Source: Rhizophagus irregularis (lineage: Eukaryota). Taken from it: a stretch of 64,000 bases of DNA. The position numbers were made by a program, and so were the translations under genes. This document shows, piece by piece, positions 37,606 through 52,339 of this stretch (the first letter of the stretch is position 1; every line of letters begins with the position of its first letter). Under the pieces are notes generated by a model. It did no database searches. It was not told where the DNA came from and worked only from the letters and a program-made list of their open reading frames with translations. Location: NCBI RefSeq assembly GCF_026210795.1, contig NC_089432.1:4030001-4094000 (forward strand). Direction: 5' to 3'.

Positions 37606-40341
37606 TAGGAGCGAAAGGGACAATGATAAATGAAAAGGATAATTAAAAACAAAGTGGAAGCAAAGGGAATGGTAGAAAAATAAAAATACTAGCAATAAAA
37701 GTGAGTCTTCTTGAAGTTATTTGAAATTGTTGTTTTCTGAAAAACAAGTTAACAAGTTAGCATAAGAGAAAAAGAACATTAAACTAGCGAAGTAATAAGA
37801 AAATAAAAAAATCTTACCTTAAGAAGTTCCAGTAAAAGCTGGTCATTTTGAAAATAATACTACAAGAAAGCAAAAAACAAAATATGCGTTACGCATTTGT
37901 GTAATATGAAATCACCTGGTGAATTTCACCAGGGTAAATTTAAAATTTTAATAATTTTAATGCATTGCAGATCAAGGTGAAATTCACCAGAGGTGAATGT
38001 AAAATTAATCCTTTATTTTTTTTTATAGATGTAAATGTGATCTTATGTATTATGATAAAGAAAAATGTTCCGTGGTGTAGATAATTCGCGGGATTAATGT
38101 GGAAAGAAAGATGCACGCAAATTATAAATATGAAAAAAAAATAAGTATCTCGAAGAAAAAAATACAAGAGTAGAAAAAAAAACAGAAGCTGATATTGACA
38201 ATAATTCATTTGCCTTGCTGTACTGTAACAGATAAATATAGATGAAAGATGGTTAGTGACAAATTTACTGTAAATCAGTAGCTAGAAACAAATATTTATA
38301 TGAATTCATAGTAGATAATTAAAATTTTTCCTTCTATTCAATACTAGTTTAATTTTTATAATATAGTGAATAATATCAGGTTTCTTTATAAATTTATAAT
38401 ATAATACTACATTCTTTGAAATTTATCAAACATATTATTTTAGCCAAATATATCATATACTCGTGGTTTCATGCATAAGATAGAATTCATTAATTAAATT
38501 AGATTATAGACGTAACTGGCTAAAATCACTTGAATATGATCAATTTAATAAATTTAATTTTACCAGGAATAATTTTTATGATAATTAACTTTTGTTCTGG
38601 CCAATTATACATAATTTTCTGAGTTTATTTTATTTTACTTAAAAAAAAAAGCTTTTAAAAACAATCAATAAAAAAGCAGTTAATTCAAATATGAATTGGA
38701 AATGATTAAATTTGTGTAAATGGCCATTATATAACCCAAATCTAATTAGGTATAATTTATAAATAGTTTTTGAAATGATACTTAATTTCAATTAAAAATG
38801 TGGGTATGACGATGAAAATATTATGTTATACCTAATAAAGAAAGAAAGGCGCTGTGATAACTAAAGGCACCTAAAAATTTAATTTTTTTTTTTTACTTTT
38901 CATCTTATTTATTAGAAAATGGGACATTTTTATTATTTTTTATTGTTAAAATGAGAGAAAAAATATAGATATTACTTAAAAAATGATCAATATTTTGTTC
39001 ATGATTTATAAAGGTTATTTGTAAAAGTGATTTTAATTTGTAAAAAGAGTCATATTAATTAAATATTTTTTCATGTTTATTGTTAAAAAAATTCTCATAA
39101 AAGTTCTCATTATAGTCGGTAATTTACATAATATTTAATATGTGCAAAATTTGGAATTTTTAAAACCGCAACGGGTCATACTTACAATCCACGACTCTAT
39201 AAATTATTCTTCAACTTAAAACATTATTTATCATTATGAGAAACCTTTAAATGGTGATTAAAAAATATGTTACATAATAAACGTGTATTCATTTCATAAA
39301 CTAATTTTTATATACTACAAGAAGTATTAAAATTCGACAATTCTGAAATTATATAAGCTAATAAAGTAAATTATTAAAATTTATTTTCATAGTGCAATCT
39401 ATAACTATACTATCATAAATCACTATTTGATATCATTTTGAATTTTAAAAAGTGATGCATGAGGTGTTATCGATCATTCATCAATTTTCCGCGTGACTAA
39501 AATTTAGTAAAATTATAAAGATACAAATAAACGGTCGGTAAGTAACAAGTGAGCAACATAAATAAGTGTATAATGTAAGGTTCGCATGATTTTATTGCAC
39601 CATAACGATGATGAATAAATTTCATAAATAAATATAAGCTTAATTTTCATATAAAATTGTACTTTTATCTGCGTCCATAGCGCAGGAAATTATTGCTAAC
39701 AACAACATGTCGGAAAAAATTTATAAATGAAAATTTATAGATAATGTACTATCAGCGAGATGAATTTAATAAAAAAAAAGTAAAAATTTTATTTGTTAAA
39801 ATTTATTGAATTTGATACTTAATAAAATTAGTTTGAAATAAAGTTTGGAAGTTGACCTATTTATAAATTAATTCTCGTTTATCATTCACATTACAGTTAT
39901 AAAAATAAAAATTCTCTTAACCTTAAATCTTATTTTAGATTTCGACATACTTTTTATTCATTTATTATCTTTTACGAGTTTATTTCATAAAATTCTTTAT
40001 GTTTTTACTTTTTTTAAAAAAAATAACACTGAAAATAACAGCTTACATTAAACTTCTACATATTTATATTACTGATGTGTAAAGATAATTTAATTTAAAA
40101 TAATGATATGATAGACACAAAATTTATTTAATAATAGAAAATAAATATAATAAAAATTATATAAATACGGTAGGTAAAAATTTTACTATTTATTTATATT
40201 TATAGAGAAATATATTCACTGGGGAGAACTTTTTTTTAATTAACCTTTTATCAGTTAAGCGCTATCTTGTAAATATTTAAAAAAAATAAATACTGTAAAT
40301 AAATGATTTTAAAAGTTTGACAATTTAATAATTGAAGAAAA

Positions 40342-42642
40342 TTATTGATTTTTTTGAAGTCTTTTTAAATTATTTTTTGCTAACTCATATCCTTGTTTGG
40401 CAGATTTTTCATACCAATAAATTGCCTTATCTACATCCTTTATAATTCCATTTCCATTTTTATACATTATAGCAAGGTTATTTTGTGCTACCATATTTCC
40501 CATATTTCCTAAATTTGCTGATTTTTGATACAATTCAAATGCTTTTTGCTTATCAATTATAGTTCCAATACCATTATTATAACAATATCCCAACATCATT
40601 ATTGCCTTTGTATATCCTCCTTCAGCTGATTGTTTAAACAATTCAAAAGCTTTATTACAATCCCTTTTAGCTTTAATTCCATCTTCATATAAAATACCAA
40701 GATTACACATTGCCTTTAAATTTCCATTATTTGCAGCTATTTCATACCAATAAAGAGCCTTTTTTATATCTTTGTCAACACCTATTCCTCTTTCATAACA
40801 ATAAGCAATTCCAGTTTGTCCACTTGATAAATTTTTATTAGCTGCTTTTTCATAATATTTAAAAGCTAATTTTTCATTTTTTATAGTTCCATTTCCGTAA
40901 AAATAACAAAGACCAACAAAATGTTGTGCTAATATATGATTTTTTTCTGATGCATTAATAAACAAATTAAATGCTTTCTCTTTATTTTCATTTGTTTCAA
41001 TTCTACGATAATTAAAATATCCAAGTAAAAAAATAGAATTTGAACTATTTTGATTATTTAATAACCAATTATAAAATTCTTGTAAATTTATATTATGATC
41101 ATTAAAATATCCAATAGCTCGTTGCTTTTCAGATTCTAATGTAAGTCCTTTATTATTTAATTTAAAAATAAAATCATAAATTTCATCAACTATTATGTTA
41201 AAATCTTTTTCAATTAAAAGAGTTTCTTGCTTGCTTGATACTAATATAGAATCAATGTCTTTTGTATCCATTTTATCAAAATTTTGAATAAGTTGAGATA
41301 AATCTCCTTGTAATTCTGAATTATTAGTACTTAAAGAAGTCTCATTAAGTTCTTGTTCATTTGATATTTGATGATTTTCTATAATTACATCTTCTTTTGT
41401 AATCATGGAATTTAGCCAATCAACTACTTGATATATTGTTGGTCGATTATCTGGTTCTCTATCCCAACATTCTAATAACCAAATATAATTAGTAAAAGAT
41501 TAATAAAAATAATATTAAAATTTTAAAATTTAAAAGAATACTATACTCACTGGTATAAATTTTAATATATTCATTAGGAGTATCAGGAACAATAGTTTCT
41601 CTAATACCTTGTGAAATATCCAAAGCTAAACCAACATCATATTGTTCACCTTCAATGTAAAAAGGAGGTTGGCCGCTAGATATTTCCCACAATAATACTC
41701 CAACACTGTAAACGTCGCTCTTTTCATTTAGTGAGTACAATTGTGCTGATTGGTTATTATTTCTTCGTCTATTAAAGCTTTTTGGATCGACATAAGGAAC
41801 CATTCCAAATAATTTTGATTGAGAACTGGACGATGATCCAATTCTTTTTGATAATCTGAAATCTGCTAATTTGATTGTATTATTACGGACAAGTATATTA
41901 CCGGAATGCTACGAAAGAAATATATATTTTCAATATTCAAATGAATAATGTAGAATAATATTATTAATGATTAAATAATGTTAAATGAATTACCAAATCT
42001 CGATGTACTATTCCTTCATTATGTAAGCATGATACGGCACAAGATAACTGGTATGCCATATTATATTTGTCATCCCAAGTAAGTCTGCTAAAGTTTTTCT
42101 TCAAATAACATCGAAGATTACCACCGTCGGCGTATTCCATTACTAACCAATAATTATTATGATTATCTAATGAATAAAAAAATTCATTAAAATGCATTTC
42201 TTTGAATTTTGCGATTAACAAAAATATTATATTTATTAAGATCATAACTTCTGTCAATAATACCTGACTCAAGTTTTGTTATCCCATAGCAACGAATAAT
42301 GTTATCATGAAAATCAACTTCTCGTTGAATTTTTAACTAAAATAAAATTTAAAAATAAGTATATTAAATAAATAATCATAAACGAAAAAAAATTATTTTA
42401 TATTAAATTACTACCTCACGAACGATTTCTTTCACGGTGATGTTATCAAGACTAAAAAAAGATTTTAACGCAAATTTTTTTTCTGAATTTTTCCAATTTG
42501 CACGATATACCTTTCCAAAACCTCCGGTACCAATATGTTGAATATTATTAAATTGCTGGTATTCATAATATTTAAAATATTCTTTATCAACAGCTTCCTC
42601 AATCCAATTGACCCATTCATTTGTATACTCGGTATCTTGCAT
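40342..42642 (-). CDS. Kinase-SEL1 gene copy 2 (DFG changed to DFR)
   Basis: Same 5-exon structure as copy 1; GTGGFG, HRDLHSGN, GAT TTC AGA in place of DFG; SEL1 exon open. Confidence 0.88.
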
Positions 42643-43211
42643 TTTGATATTATCGAACGTTATTGAACGTATTGAATAATGATAAGTTTAATAACAGTGA
42701 AGTTAGAAAAAAATGAAAAGTAAAGAATTATTAAAGTTTATTGTGTATGCCTATTTTATATATTTTTTTCTCCGATGATAGTCGTACAAGCGTACAGCGT
42801 GATCCAAAACCAGTAACCATGGCACCACAATACCGCAGTAACGAAGTAATGATAGGTAATGACGTGATGATTTTTTTTTTTTGAAAAAAGTGTTTTTATT
42901 AAAGTATCACAAACCACATAATTATTTTCAGGTTACTATTAGAATATATGCAAATTCTTTTTTCATAGAACCAAATTAAAGAAAAATCATAAAAAAAATT
43001 AATTGTCGATCCGTATAATATCGGCACCGAATTACTAATAAAATTCGGGCTGATTTTGTGTTAGAACGGTGGTACTTTAAAAAGGATATTTCATATTAAC
43101 CATAAATAAAAGTCACATGATATCAGATATGATACTGAAAAAATACTTGGAAAAAAAGAATCTGCAAAAAAAAAATTATATGTTCATATGCAAAATAATG
43201 AGTTTACTATA

Positions 43212-44835
43212 ATTAAAATATCAAAAAATTGGAAGATTATAGCATATTTTATTTACTCTAAAATTGTGGAAGCAGCGATTGACAGAAGGAAACATTGCTA
43301 GAATATGGAGTGTACGTAATTTCAAGACAGTTTTTAGAGAAATAGAAACGGAAAGAAGGAAAGAAGACATCAACAAAAAAGCAGGGACGGTCATTTCATC
43401 CACGGTTCTTTATACATCACAAATTTCTACACCACGAACGCCTCAAAATAGAACATATGTAGGGTTAGACAAAATCGCTACAAGTAGAAATAAAAACAAA
43501 GATATAACAGAAGATAAATCGATTGACGAAGATGAAGTAGTGGATCTGATCAAAAAATGGAGAGTAGGAGAAGAAGAAGAATCAGAATTAGATGAAGTTA
43601 AAAAAGCGGAAATCGCACTCATGAATTCTTTGATAGAAGATGATGCCACGTACTCGTTGAAACGGGATAACATTGCACCAGACGAAGATGTTGAGGTTAT
43701 AAATAAATATCAGACGGACGAAAAAATAAAGTACAAACGATTTAAAAACTCAGGCAACAACGATGAGAGTTAATTAATCAGAAGGTTAAGGAATTAGGTG
43801 AAATTTTCAAAAGAACTTCAAATGATATGAATGGTAAGCAATTACAACTGAAGCGCAAGAAACAAGTCAAGGAAGCAAAGCAAAAATGATATAACGATAT
43901 AGGCCAGTGTGATGGCAAATGACCCCGAATGACCTTTGAATGACCTAGTCATTTGAGGTCATTTGTCATTTGAGTCATTTAAACTTACAAATTTATAATG
44001 TCACATGACATAGTATTTCATCTAACGAAAATTGAAATTGTGTATTTAATTTTTAAATGACTTAATCATTTTAACCTCGAAATGACCCAAATGACACATG
44101 ACTAATAAAGGCCATTTGATGTCATTTGGGTTACTTGCCATCACTGTTAAATAAAATATAGGCCGTAGAATTATTAGTTTAGCGAAATTATAAAGTACTA
44201 TACTATGCTAAAAGAAGATTTCACAAAGCGCCTAAAGGATGAAAAGAAAGCGACGGATGGAAAAGATACGGGAGATAAAAGAATGAAGAATAGTCCTCCG
44301 GCGAAGAAGTTTAAGAGTTGGATACTGTAAGTGTCTCCAATCGAAGTCACGTGATTTTACGTAAAATTTTTTTTTCCGTTCCGATAACAAAATTTAAGTG
44401 AGACGAGCAAGTTTTAATGTAATTTAGTTTTAGAAGTTTTTGGGTTTAGAATATAAAATATCAATAGATTTAGCTAATCACGGGATGGTAAAGTGGGGAT
44501 CGAGTTTAGTTTTATCGCAAATTAGTTACGTAACATACCGTTATGACGTTAGGTGTAAAATTGTAACACTGCATCGAGATTGAGTTCATAAAGGATTCGC
44601 CGATGATGGTTAAATCTTTTTATTTTTTTGTAGGAACATAATAGGTAATATTTGGTAAGGTAATGTTGTAGATATTGCGTTCGTTCACTTCGTTCGTTTA
44701 GTATTTTGTTTTATTTAGATAGGTACTTTATTTAACGGATGTCCTAGAGACGTCTACATTGTAATAGATCTATATATACCTTAGGATATTTTATTACGAT
44801 ATTAATAAAATTTAATTTTTTTTTTTAAAAAAAAA
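43212..44835 (+). mobile_element. 5'-truncated retroposed insertion (probable LINE 3' end)
   Basis: 15-bp TSD AATGAGTTTACTATA at 43197-43211 and 44836-44850; AATAAA at 44804 and poly(A) at 44827-37; K/E/D-rich ORF remnant 43264-43773 with no motif I recognise. Confidence 0.8.
43905..44146. mobile_element. hAT-type MITE nested in the retroposed insertion
   Basis: Ends CAGTG(TG)ATGGCAA...TTGCCATCACTG; many AAATGAC/GTCATTT subterminal repeats; ATATAGGC immediately left and 9 nt after the right end. Confidence 0.75.
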
Positions 44836-47052
44836 AATGAGTTTACTATACACGCGCGTCAGATTTACACCTTAAAATATAAGAAATTTCAATATTATTT
44901 TCCTATATTATGTTATTTACATTACAAAAATATATTTTATGGCTTTCTAAGCTTTTTTAAAACTTTTTTAAATTTTTTTCTTTATAGAACTAGTAAAAAG
45001 TTAAAGCTTTTTTTTTTATTATTGTTATCCCGAATTTTATTAGTAACACAGTGCAATTAAATTTTTTTAAAAGTTTTAACGTTATTTGAATAAAATTGGA
45101 TAAATGATGCCTTTTATATTACATATTGGGGTCCTGTTAAAATATGTTGTTGTAAGATAAAAGTAAGAATATTCTAATTTATCAAATAAAGTTATCAATA
45201 TAAAGTTTACATTAGTCTATATTGTCAAGACTCTAGAATATTTAAAAATATAATTATGTTATTTAATATAAATGTAATAAATGTTATTTTTTAATGTAAA
45301 ATTTTTTTTGGTTAATATATTATCAAATGATTTTGCAACAATTATTTTTTATTTTTTTGATTTTTGAGCAAGACTTCTACATAACCACGCCAGAAGGTAT
45401 TTTTTAATTGTATGAAGATATAATTCGATTTGAAGATGGAGAATTGGAGATGAAGCAAAAATAATGTTGTATCAATTGTATAAGTCATATCTCTCTAAAA
45501 TTCAGTAAGAATTTCGAATTTTAAAGTATAGCTTTGCCCCGTAAAATATATTATTTTTTGAATTTTTAGGTGTATTGTAATCTGCGGTTTACATAATCCC
45601 AGATTTAAATTATTAATACCAACTCCATTTTCATAGTTTGGCTATTGCCAGATGGAAAGTAATGATTATTTTAGTTTGGTGGCTGCACATCCTCTTCGCT
45701 CCCCACACTTTCGTCTTACAACGTTAGCTGTTACTTAGGATAGGACCGTTGCCGTTCATTGCAATCAAAGCTATGAAATAAATTTTTAATTCTGCCTAAT
45801 TAATAAAATTTAAAAATTGATTGAATTGGTAAATAACTAAAGTACAAATACGAATTCTCAACGAATTAAAAAGATGTTTGAGAGTTTTCTTTTAAAAATT
45901 TTCACCATCTGGTTATAAATTTATTTCCGAATTTTCAGGATTATCCAAACACGCTTTAATTTATTGACAATCAAGAATCATTCCGTTTTAGGCAAGAAAT
46001 CATAGATCTTTATTATTAATTCTTTTATTAATGACAAAAGAAGAATTTTTGATTTCTTGTAAAAACATTTAGTTGCAGTTCTTCCAATAATATTTCAGTG
46101 GTAGTTTATTTTCTTAACTAGTATACGTATTTTTCCAAAAAAATATTTGAAAATTTTCTGAGTAATATACCGAATGTGGTATCTTAATTTCCTTTTTTTT
46201 TTAGATAAAAATTGAAAATGATAATAGTGAACGTTTATTATAGTTACAGATCTTATCCATATTATAGTAATACTAACATTGTGCAATTGGACCACATTTC
46301 TTTATTTGATATTAAGGATAATGTGTAATTATTTTAGTTTGTACACTGCCAAATTTGATTTATCTTTTTTAAAAAATTTAAAAAAATCACCTATATAAAT
46401 TCTAAGTTAGAAAAAAAATACATCAGCAAACGAATAACTATTTAGAAAGATCATTATAAAAATTTTATCACTTGGAAATGTCATTTGTAGATATTCTTAT
46501 TCGAATTACTAGTTATGAAACTCCAATATTATGATGAAATTAAATTTTGAACGATTAAATACTAAATGTAAATTAAAATAAAAGTAACAGTAACAGTTCG
46601 AAACATATACTCAAACAGAATTCAGAATCATTAAATTTTTCTATCTGTTTGTAATAAAATAGGTGTAATTAACGTTAATACATTTTATTATTTATCAGTA
46701 TTTTATTTGATAGGAAAAAGTAAAAGATGAATCTCTTTGACAAAGAAACAATTATGTCAAAGTATCAACTGACTAGCTTTTTTTAATTTTATCATTGTCT
46801 TTTCTTCTACAACTATCATTGAATTTTTACTTAAAAAGACGCAGCATATATTAAACTACCCATATTTAAATTACTCATTTATAAAGACATTTTAATTTAA
46901 AATACAAAATATATTTAGTTTAAAGAATAAATAATTATACAAAATAGAACAATTTATTTACTTATATTTTTAGAGGTGTATTACTGTAGATAAATGAATG
47001 GAAGTTTTAAAATTTGAACAATTTGATTAATTAAAGAAAAAATTATTATAAA

Positions 47053-49349
47053 TTATTGATTATCAAGAAGATCATTTAAATTATTTTTTGCTAACTCATT
47101 TCCTTGTTTGGCAGATTTTTCATACCAATAAATTGCTTTATCTATATCTTTTGTAATTCCATCTCCATATTCATACATTATAGCAAGATTGGTTTGTGCC
47201 ACATCATGTCCTAAATTTGCAGCATTTTGATATAATTTAAATGCCTTTTGTTTATCAATACTAGTTCCAATTCCTACATCATAACAATGCCCTAACATCA
47301 TTATGCCCCCTAAATATCCTCCTTCGGCTGATTTTTTAAACGATTCAAAAGCTTTATTGTAATCTTTTTCAACACCTTTTCCATCCCTGTAACAAGTGCC
47401 AAGATTACGTATAGCTGTTATATTTCCATTATTTGCAGCTTTTTCATACCAATAAAAAGCCTTTTTTAAATTTTTTCTAATACCTAATCCGTATTCATAA
47501 CAATAACCAATTCCTAATTGCCCACTTGATAAATTTTTATCAGCTACTTTTTCATAATATTCAAAAGCTAATTTTTCATTTTTTATAGTTCCAAATCCAT
47601 AAAAATAACAATAACTGACAAAAAGTTGTGCTAATATATGATTTTTTTCTGATGCATTAATAAAAAAATCAAATGTTTTCTTATTATTTTCGCTTATTAC
47701 AATTCCACGATAATTAAAATATCCAAGAATAAAAATAGAATTTGAATTATTTTGATTAGTACTTAATAACCAATCATAAATTTCTTGTGAATTTATGTTA
47801 TGATCATTAAAATATTCAATAACTTGTTGCTTTTCTGATTTCTGTTCAATTCCTTTATTTTTTAATAAAAAAATAAAATCATTTATTTCATCAACTACTA
47901 TATTAAAATCCTTTTCAGTTGAAAGAGTTTCTTGTTTACTTGATAGTACTGTTATAGAATCAATTCCTTTTGTATCCATTTTATCAAAATTTTGAATAAG
48001 TTGAGATAAATCTCCTTGCATTTCTGAATTATTAGCGTTAGTACTTAAAGAAGTCTCATTAAGTTCCTGTTCATTTGATATTTGATGATTTTCTATTATT
48101 ACATCTGTTTTTGTAATTATGGCATTTAGCCAATCAAATACTTGATATATATTTGGTCGATTATCTGGCTCACCATCCCAACATTCTAAAAACAAATATA
48201 ATTTTAAGATTATTAAATAGTACTTAAATTATAAAAATTTTAAAATATAAAATATTACTCACTGGTATAAATTTTAACATATTCCTCAGGAGTATCAGGA
48301 ACAATAGTTTCTCTAAGTCCTTGTAAAATTTCTAAAGCCAAACCAATATCATAATGTTCACCTTCAACATAAAAAGGAGGTTGCCCACTCGATATTTCCC
48401 ATAATAATACGCCTATACTATAAATATCACTTTTTTCATTTAGTGAGTACATTTGCATTGATTGGTTATTATCATTTCTTCGTCTATTAAAGCTTTTCGG
48501 ATCGACATAAGGAACTATTCCAAATAGTTTAGATTGGAAATTGGATGATTCTCCAATTCTTTTTGACAGTCCGAAATCTGCTAATTTGATTGTTTTACTA
48601 TGAACTAGTATATTACAGTGGTGCTATTAAGAAAATATATACATTCTTATGAGTAATATGAATAATACAAATACATTATTATTAATGATCAAATAATGTT
48701 AAATAAATTACCAAATCACGATGCACTATTCCTTCGTTATGCAAGCATGATACGGCGCAAGATAATTGGTATGCCATATTATATTTGTCATTCCAAGTAA
48801 GCTTGTTAAAGTTTTTCTTTAAATAGCTTCGAAGAGTACCACCATCGGCGTATTCCATTACCAACCAATAATTATTATAATTTTCTAATTATTTAAATAA
48901 CAAAATTAATCATTAAAAGAATTTTGCGATTAACAAGAAAGAATATTATATTTATTAAGGTAACTTTAAAAATACCTGACTCAAGTTCTGTTATTCCATA
49001 ACAACGAATAATATTATCGTGAAAATCAACATCACGCTGAATTTTTAACTAAATAAAATTCAAAATTTTTAAATAGATATATTGGTAAGTTTTTTAAAAA
49101 ATGTATCATACATTAAATTACCTCACGAACGATTTCTTTCACAGTGATGTTATCAAGACTAAGAAACGACTTTAACGCAAATTTTTTTTCTGAATTTTTC
49201 CAATTTGCACGATATACTTTTCCGAAACCTCCTGTACCAATATGTTGAATATTATTAAATTGGTTGTATTCATAAAATTTAAAGTATTCTTTATCGACAG
49301 CTTCCTCAATCCAATTGACCCATTCATTTGTATACTCGGTGTCTTGCAT
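47053..49349 (-). CDS. Kinase-SEL1 gene copy 3
   Basis: Same 5-exon structure; GTGGFG, HRDLHHCN and DFG intact; SEL1 exon open. Confidence 0.9.
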
Positions 49350-50831
49350 TTTTGATATTATCGAACTTATTGAATAATAATTGATAGACAGGAAAAAAAA
49401 AAATTGTTAAAATTTTATTGTGGTTGCCTTTTTATATTTGACCATAGCAGAACAGCAGAACAGTCGCACAGCGTGATTTCGTATCACCAAAACAAGAGTC
49501 GATCAGTAACCATGGCACCGCAGTACCGCAATAACGAAGTAGTTATTGGTAATGACGTAATCTAAACAAAAAGTGTTTTCGTAATTATTTTCATTTAAAT
49601 ATATGCAAATTCTTTTTCATAAAGTCCAAATTAAAGAAAAATCATGATAAAAAAAACTATTTTTTTAAAGGTTGACTTATTTGAGTTGAAATTGGATAAA
49701 TGATACCTACCATAATACACATTGGGTTCTTTAAAATAGGTTGTTGTACTGTAGATAAAAGTAAGAATATTATAATTTATAAAAGGTATCAATATAAAGT
49801 TTACATTTATATTGTTTAGACTTTCAAAACAATTATATTTAATATAATAAATGTTGTTAATAGACAAAAAATTCCAAAGATTTTCTTATTTCTTTCCATA
49901 AATTAAACAAATTTTCAGGTTCCAATCAAATGAATTTTTTTGGTTAATATATTATCAAATGATTTAATAATGAATATTTTTTGATTTTTGAGCAAAACTT
50001 CCAGGGATGTCGATCCTAACCACGCCGGTAAAATTTCAAGTCATTTTACAGTTACTTGTAATTGTATAAAGATATAATTCGATTGACAATAGTGATGGAG
50101 TAAAGTCAATGTTGTATCATAAGTTTCTCTCTAGGATTCAGTAAGAATTTCGAATTTTGAAACTCCTTTTGAATTATTAGAGTGTATAGTAAATATGTGC
50201 TGGAAAACAATGATTATTTTAATTTTGCTGGCTACGCAACCTCTTCGCTTCCTATGATACACATTTGTCTCACAGCGTCAGTGGTTATTTACTAGGAAAG
50301 GGCCTTCGTTGTTCATTTATAAAATAAATTGGAAATTTGAAATTGTTTGAATTGGTAAACAATTAGTAAAGTGCAAATAACACAGTAAAATTCTAAAAGA
50401 TGTTCGATAGTTTTCTTTTTAAAAATATTCCCTATCTGGTTATAAATTTATTACTAAATTTACGCGAATATTTTTTGACAATCAGGAACATTTCAAGAAA
50501 ACATAATTGAATAATTGGTTGTCTTTGTAATAATGGAAGATCTTTATTATTTTTATTAATGACAAGAAAATTTTTGATTTCTTGTAAAAATATTTAGTTA
50601 TAGTTCTTCCAACAATATTTCAGTAGTAGTTTTATTTTCTAAATCAACCAATAAATTATCTATCCGTGAATCTCTCTGTAATATTGACACAACAATCAAC
50701 AAAATAATCTATTAATAAGTATACATATTCTTCAAAAAATATTTCAAGATTTTAATATAGCACAATCTTTGAATGTGGCATCTTGCTTTTCCTTTTTTTT
50801 TAGGTAAGAAATTGATGAAACATAATACAAT

Positions 50832-51169
50832 TAGAGATGAGGAAGTTCCAAACAGAGCGGTTCCGAACCGGTCCTGGAACCGATTCTAATTTTAGCAGAT
50901 TCTGATTGAAACACTCTGAGAACTGTTCTCGGAACCAGCTCCGAACCGGTTCGAAGGAACCGCATTGTCATCAAAAATTATGACGATCACGGACCAACCA
51001 GTGACCAACCATTGTTTGATGACCAATTAAAATTTTTCTAATCGATCTTCATCACATGCTCTACCTGCGTTTTAAATTTGACGCATGTAGCTCATATTTT
51101 ACTTAATGAGAACCAAAACGGAACCGACAAAGAACCGAAATAGAACCGACGAATTGATACCCATCCCTA
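50832..51169. mobile_element. hAT-type MITE
   Basis: Ends TAGAGATG...CATCCCTA; GGAACCG/CGGTTC subterminal repeats; absent from the paralogous spacer near 46230; no clear TSD. Confidence 0.7.
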
Positions 51170-52339
51170 GATCAGATTGCATTATGCAATCGGATCATAT
51201 TTCTTAATTTTGTTAAATTAAGAATAATATGACTTATTTTTACAACTATTTCAGTTTGTACGATATTCTGTCAAATTTGATCTAGTACTTTTTTTAAACA
51301 TTGTCTACATAAATGTTAAATTAGAAAAAATCCATCAGCAAACGAATAACCATTTAGAAAGATTATTATAAAACTTTATCACTTGGATATGCAGTAACAT
51401 TTGTGGATATTCTTATTCGAGAGTTATGAAACTCCAATATTACTAGGAAAGGTAACCGTTGATGCCTCCGAAGCGTCATAAATCACATGCTCATAAAAAT
51501 TAAAAGTGGATATTATGAAGAAATCACACTGTGAAATCAATTATTTATTTATTTATTTTTTTTATTTTAAAAAAACGAATACAAATTAAAAATTTTTAAG
51601 AAATTAAAAATTTATTCGTTATTTTTTAAATGCTGTAAAAAATTTTTAAGTAATTAAATCAGGGACATAAACGAAAAGGGTTACACATAAACAAATCTAA
51701 AGTTACACCTGATCCTAATATTTTGTTGGTCATGCACGCGTGCGTACAGACAACCCATACATGGTTTGCAGAGTGTCCTATGAACGATTAAATATTAGAT
51801 GTAAATTAGAATAAAAGTAACAGTTCGAAAACATATATTCAGACAGAATTCAGAATCATTAAATTTTTCTATCTGTTTGTAATAAAAATAAGTATAATTA
51901 ACGTTAATAAATTTTATTATTTATCATTAGAAAAAGCAAGAGATGAATTTCTTTGACAAAAAAACACTTTAAGTCAAAATATCGACTGGCTTTATCCTTT
52001 CTTCTTACAACTATCATTGAATTTTTACTTAAAAAGATGCAAGCACATATTAAACTACCCATATTTAAATTACTCATTTAGAAAGACATTTTAATTTAAA
52101 ATGAATGATATAATGATAGATACAGAATTTATTTAATAATAGAAATATACAATAAAGATTACATAAATACAGTAGGTAAAAATTTTACTATTTATTTATA
52201 TTTATATAGAAATATAGTATTTACTAAGGAAAACTTTTTTTTAATTAACCTTTTATCAGCTAATCACTATTCTTGTAAATACTATTTAAAAAAAATAAAT
52301 ACTATAAACAAAGTCTGAGAATTTAATAATTAAAGAAAA

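Larger units (their letters stand above)
31613..38011. mobile_element. ~6.4-kb Mutator-like non-autonomous element carrying a pseudogene and nested repeats
   Basis: Imperfect ~45-bp TIRs (ggatcattttaacgctcac..ggtgaaattcacc / ggtgaaattcacc..gtgaatgtaaaattaatcc) and a 9-bp TTTATTTTT duplication at 31604-31612 and 38012-38020. Confidence 0.6.

Noticed and set aside
35305..37652. His/Ile/Ser/Phe-rich minus-strand ORFs
   Set aside because: Open in several frames because the 10-bp minisatellite lacks stops on that strand; no evidence of coding.
51451..51780. Insertion relative to the paralogous spacer near 46540
   Set aside because: No convincing TIR or TSD, so it cannot be classified.
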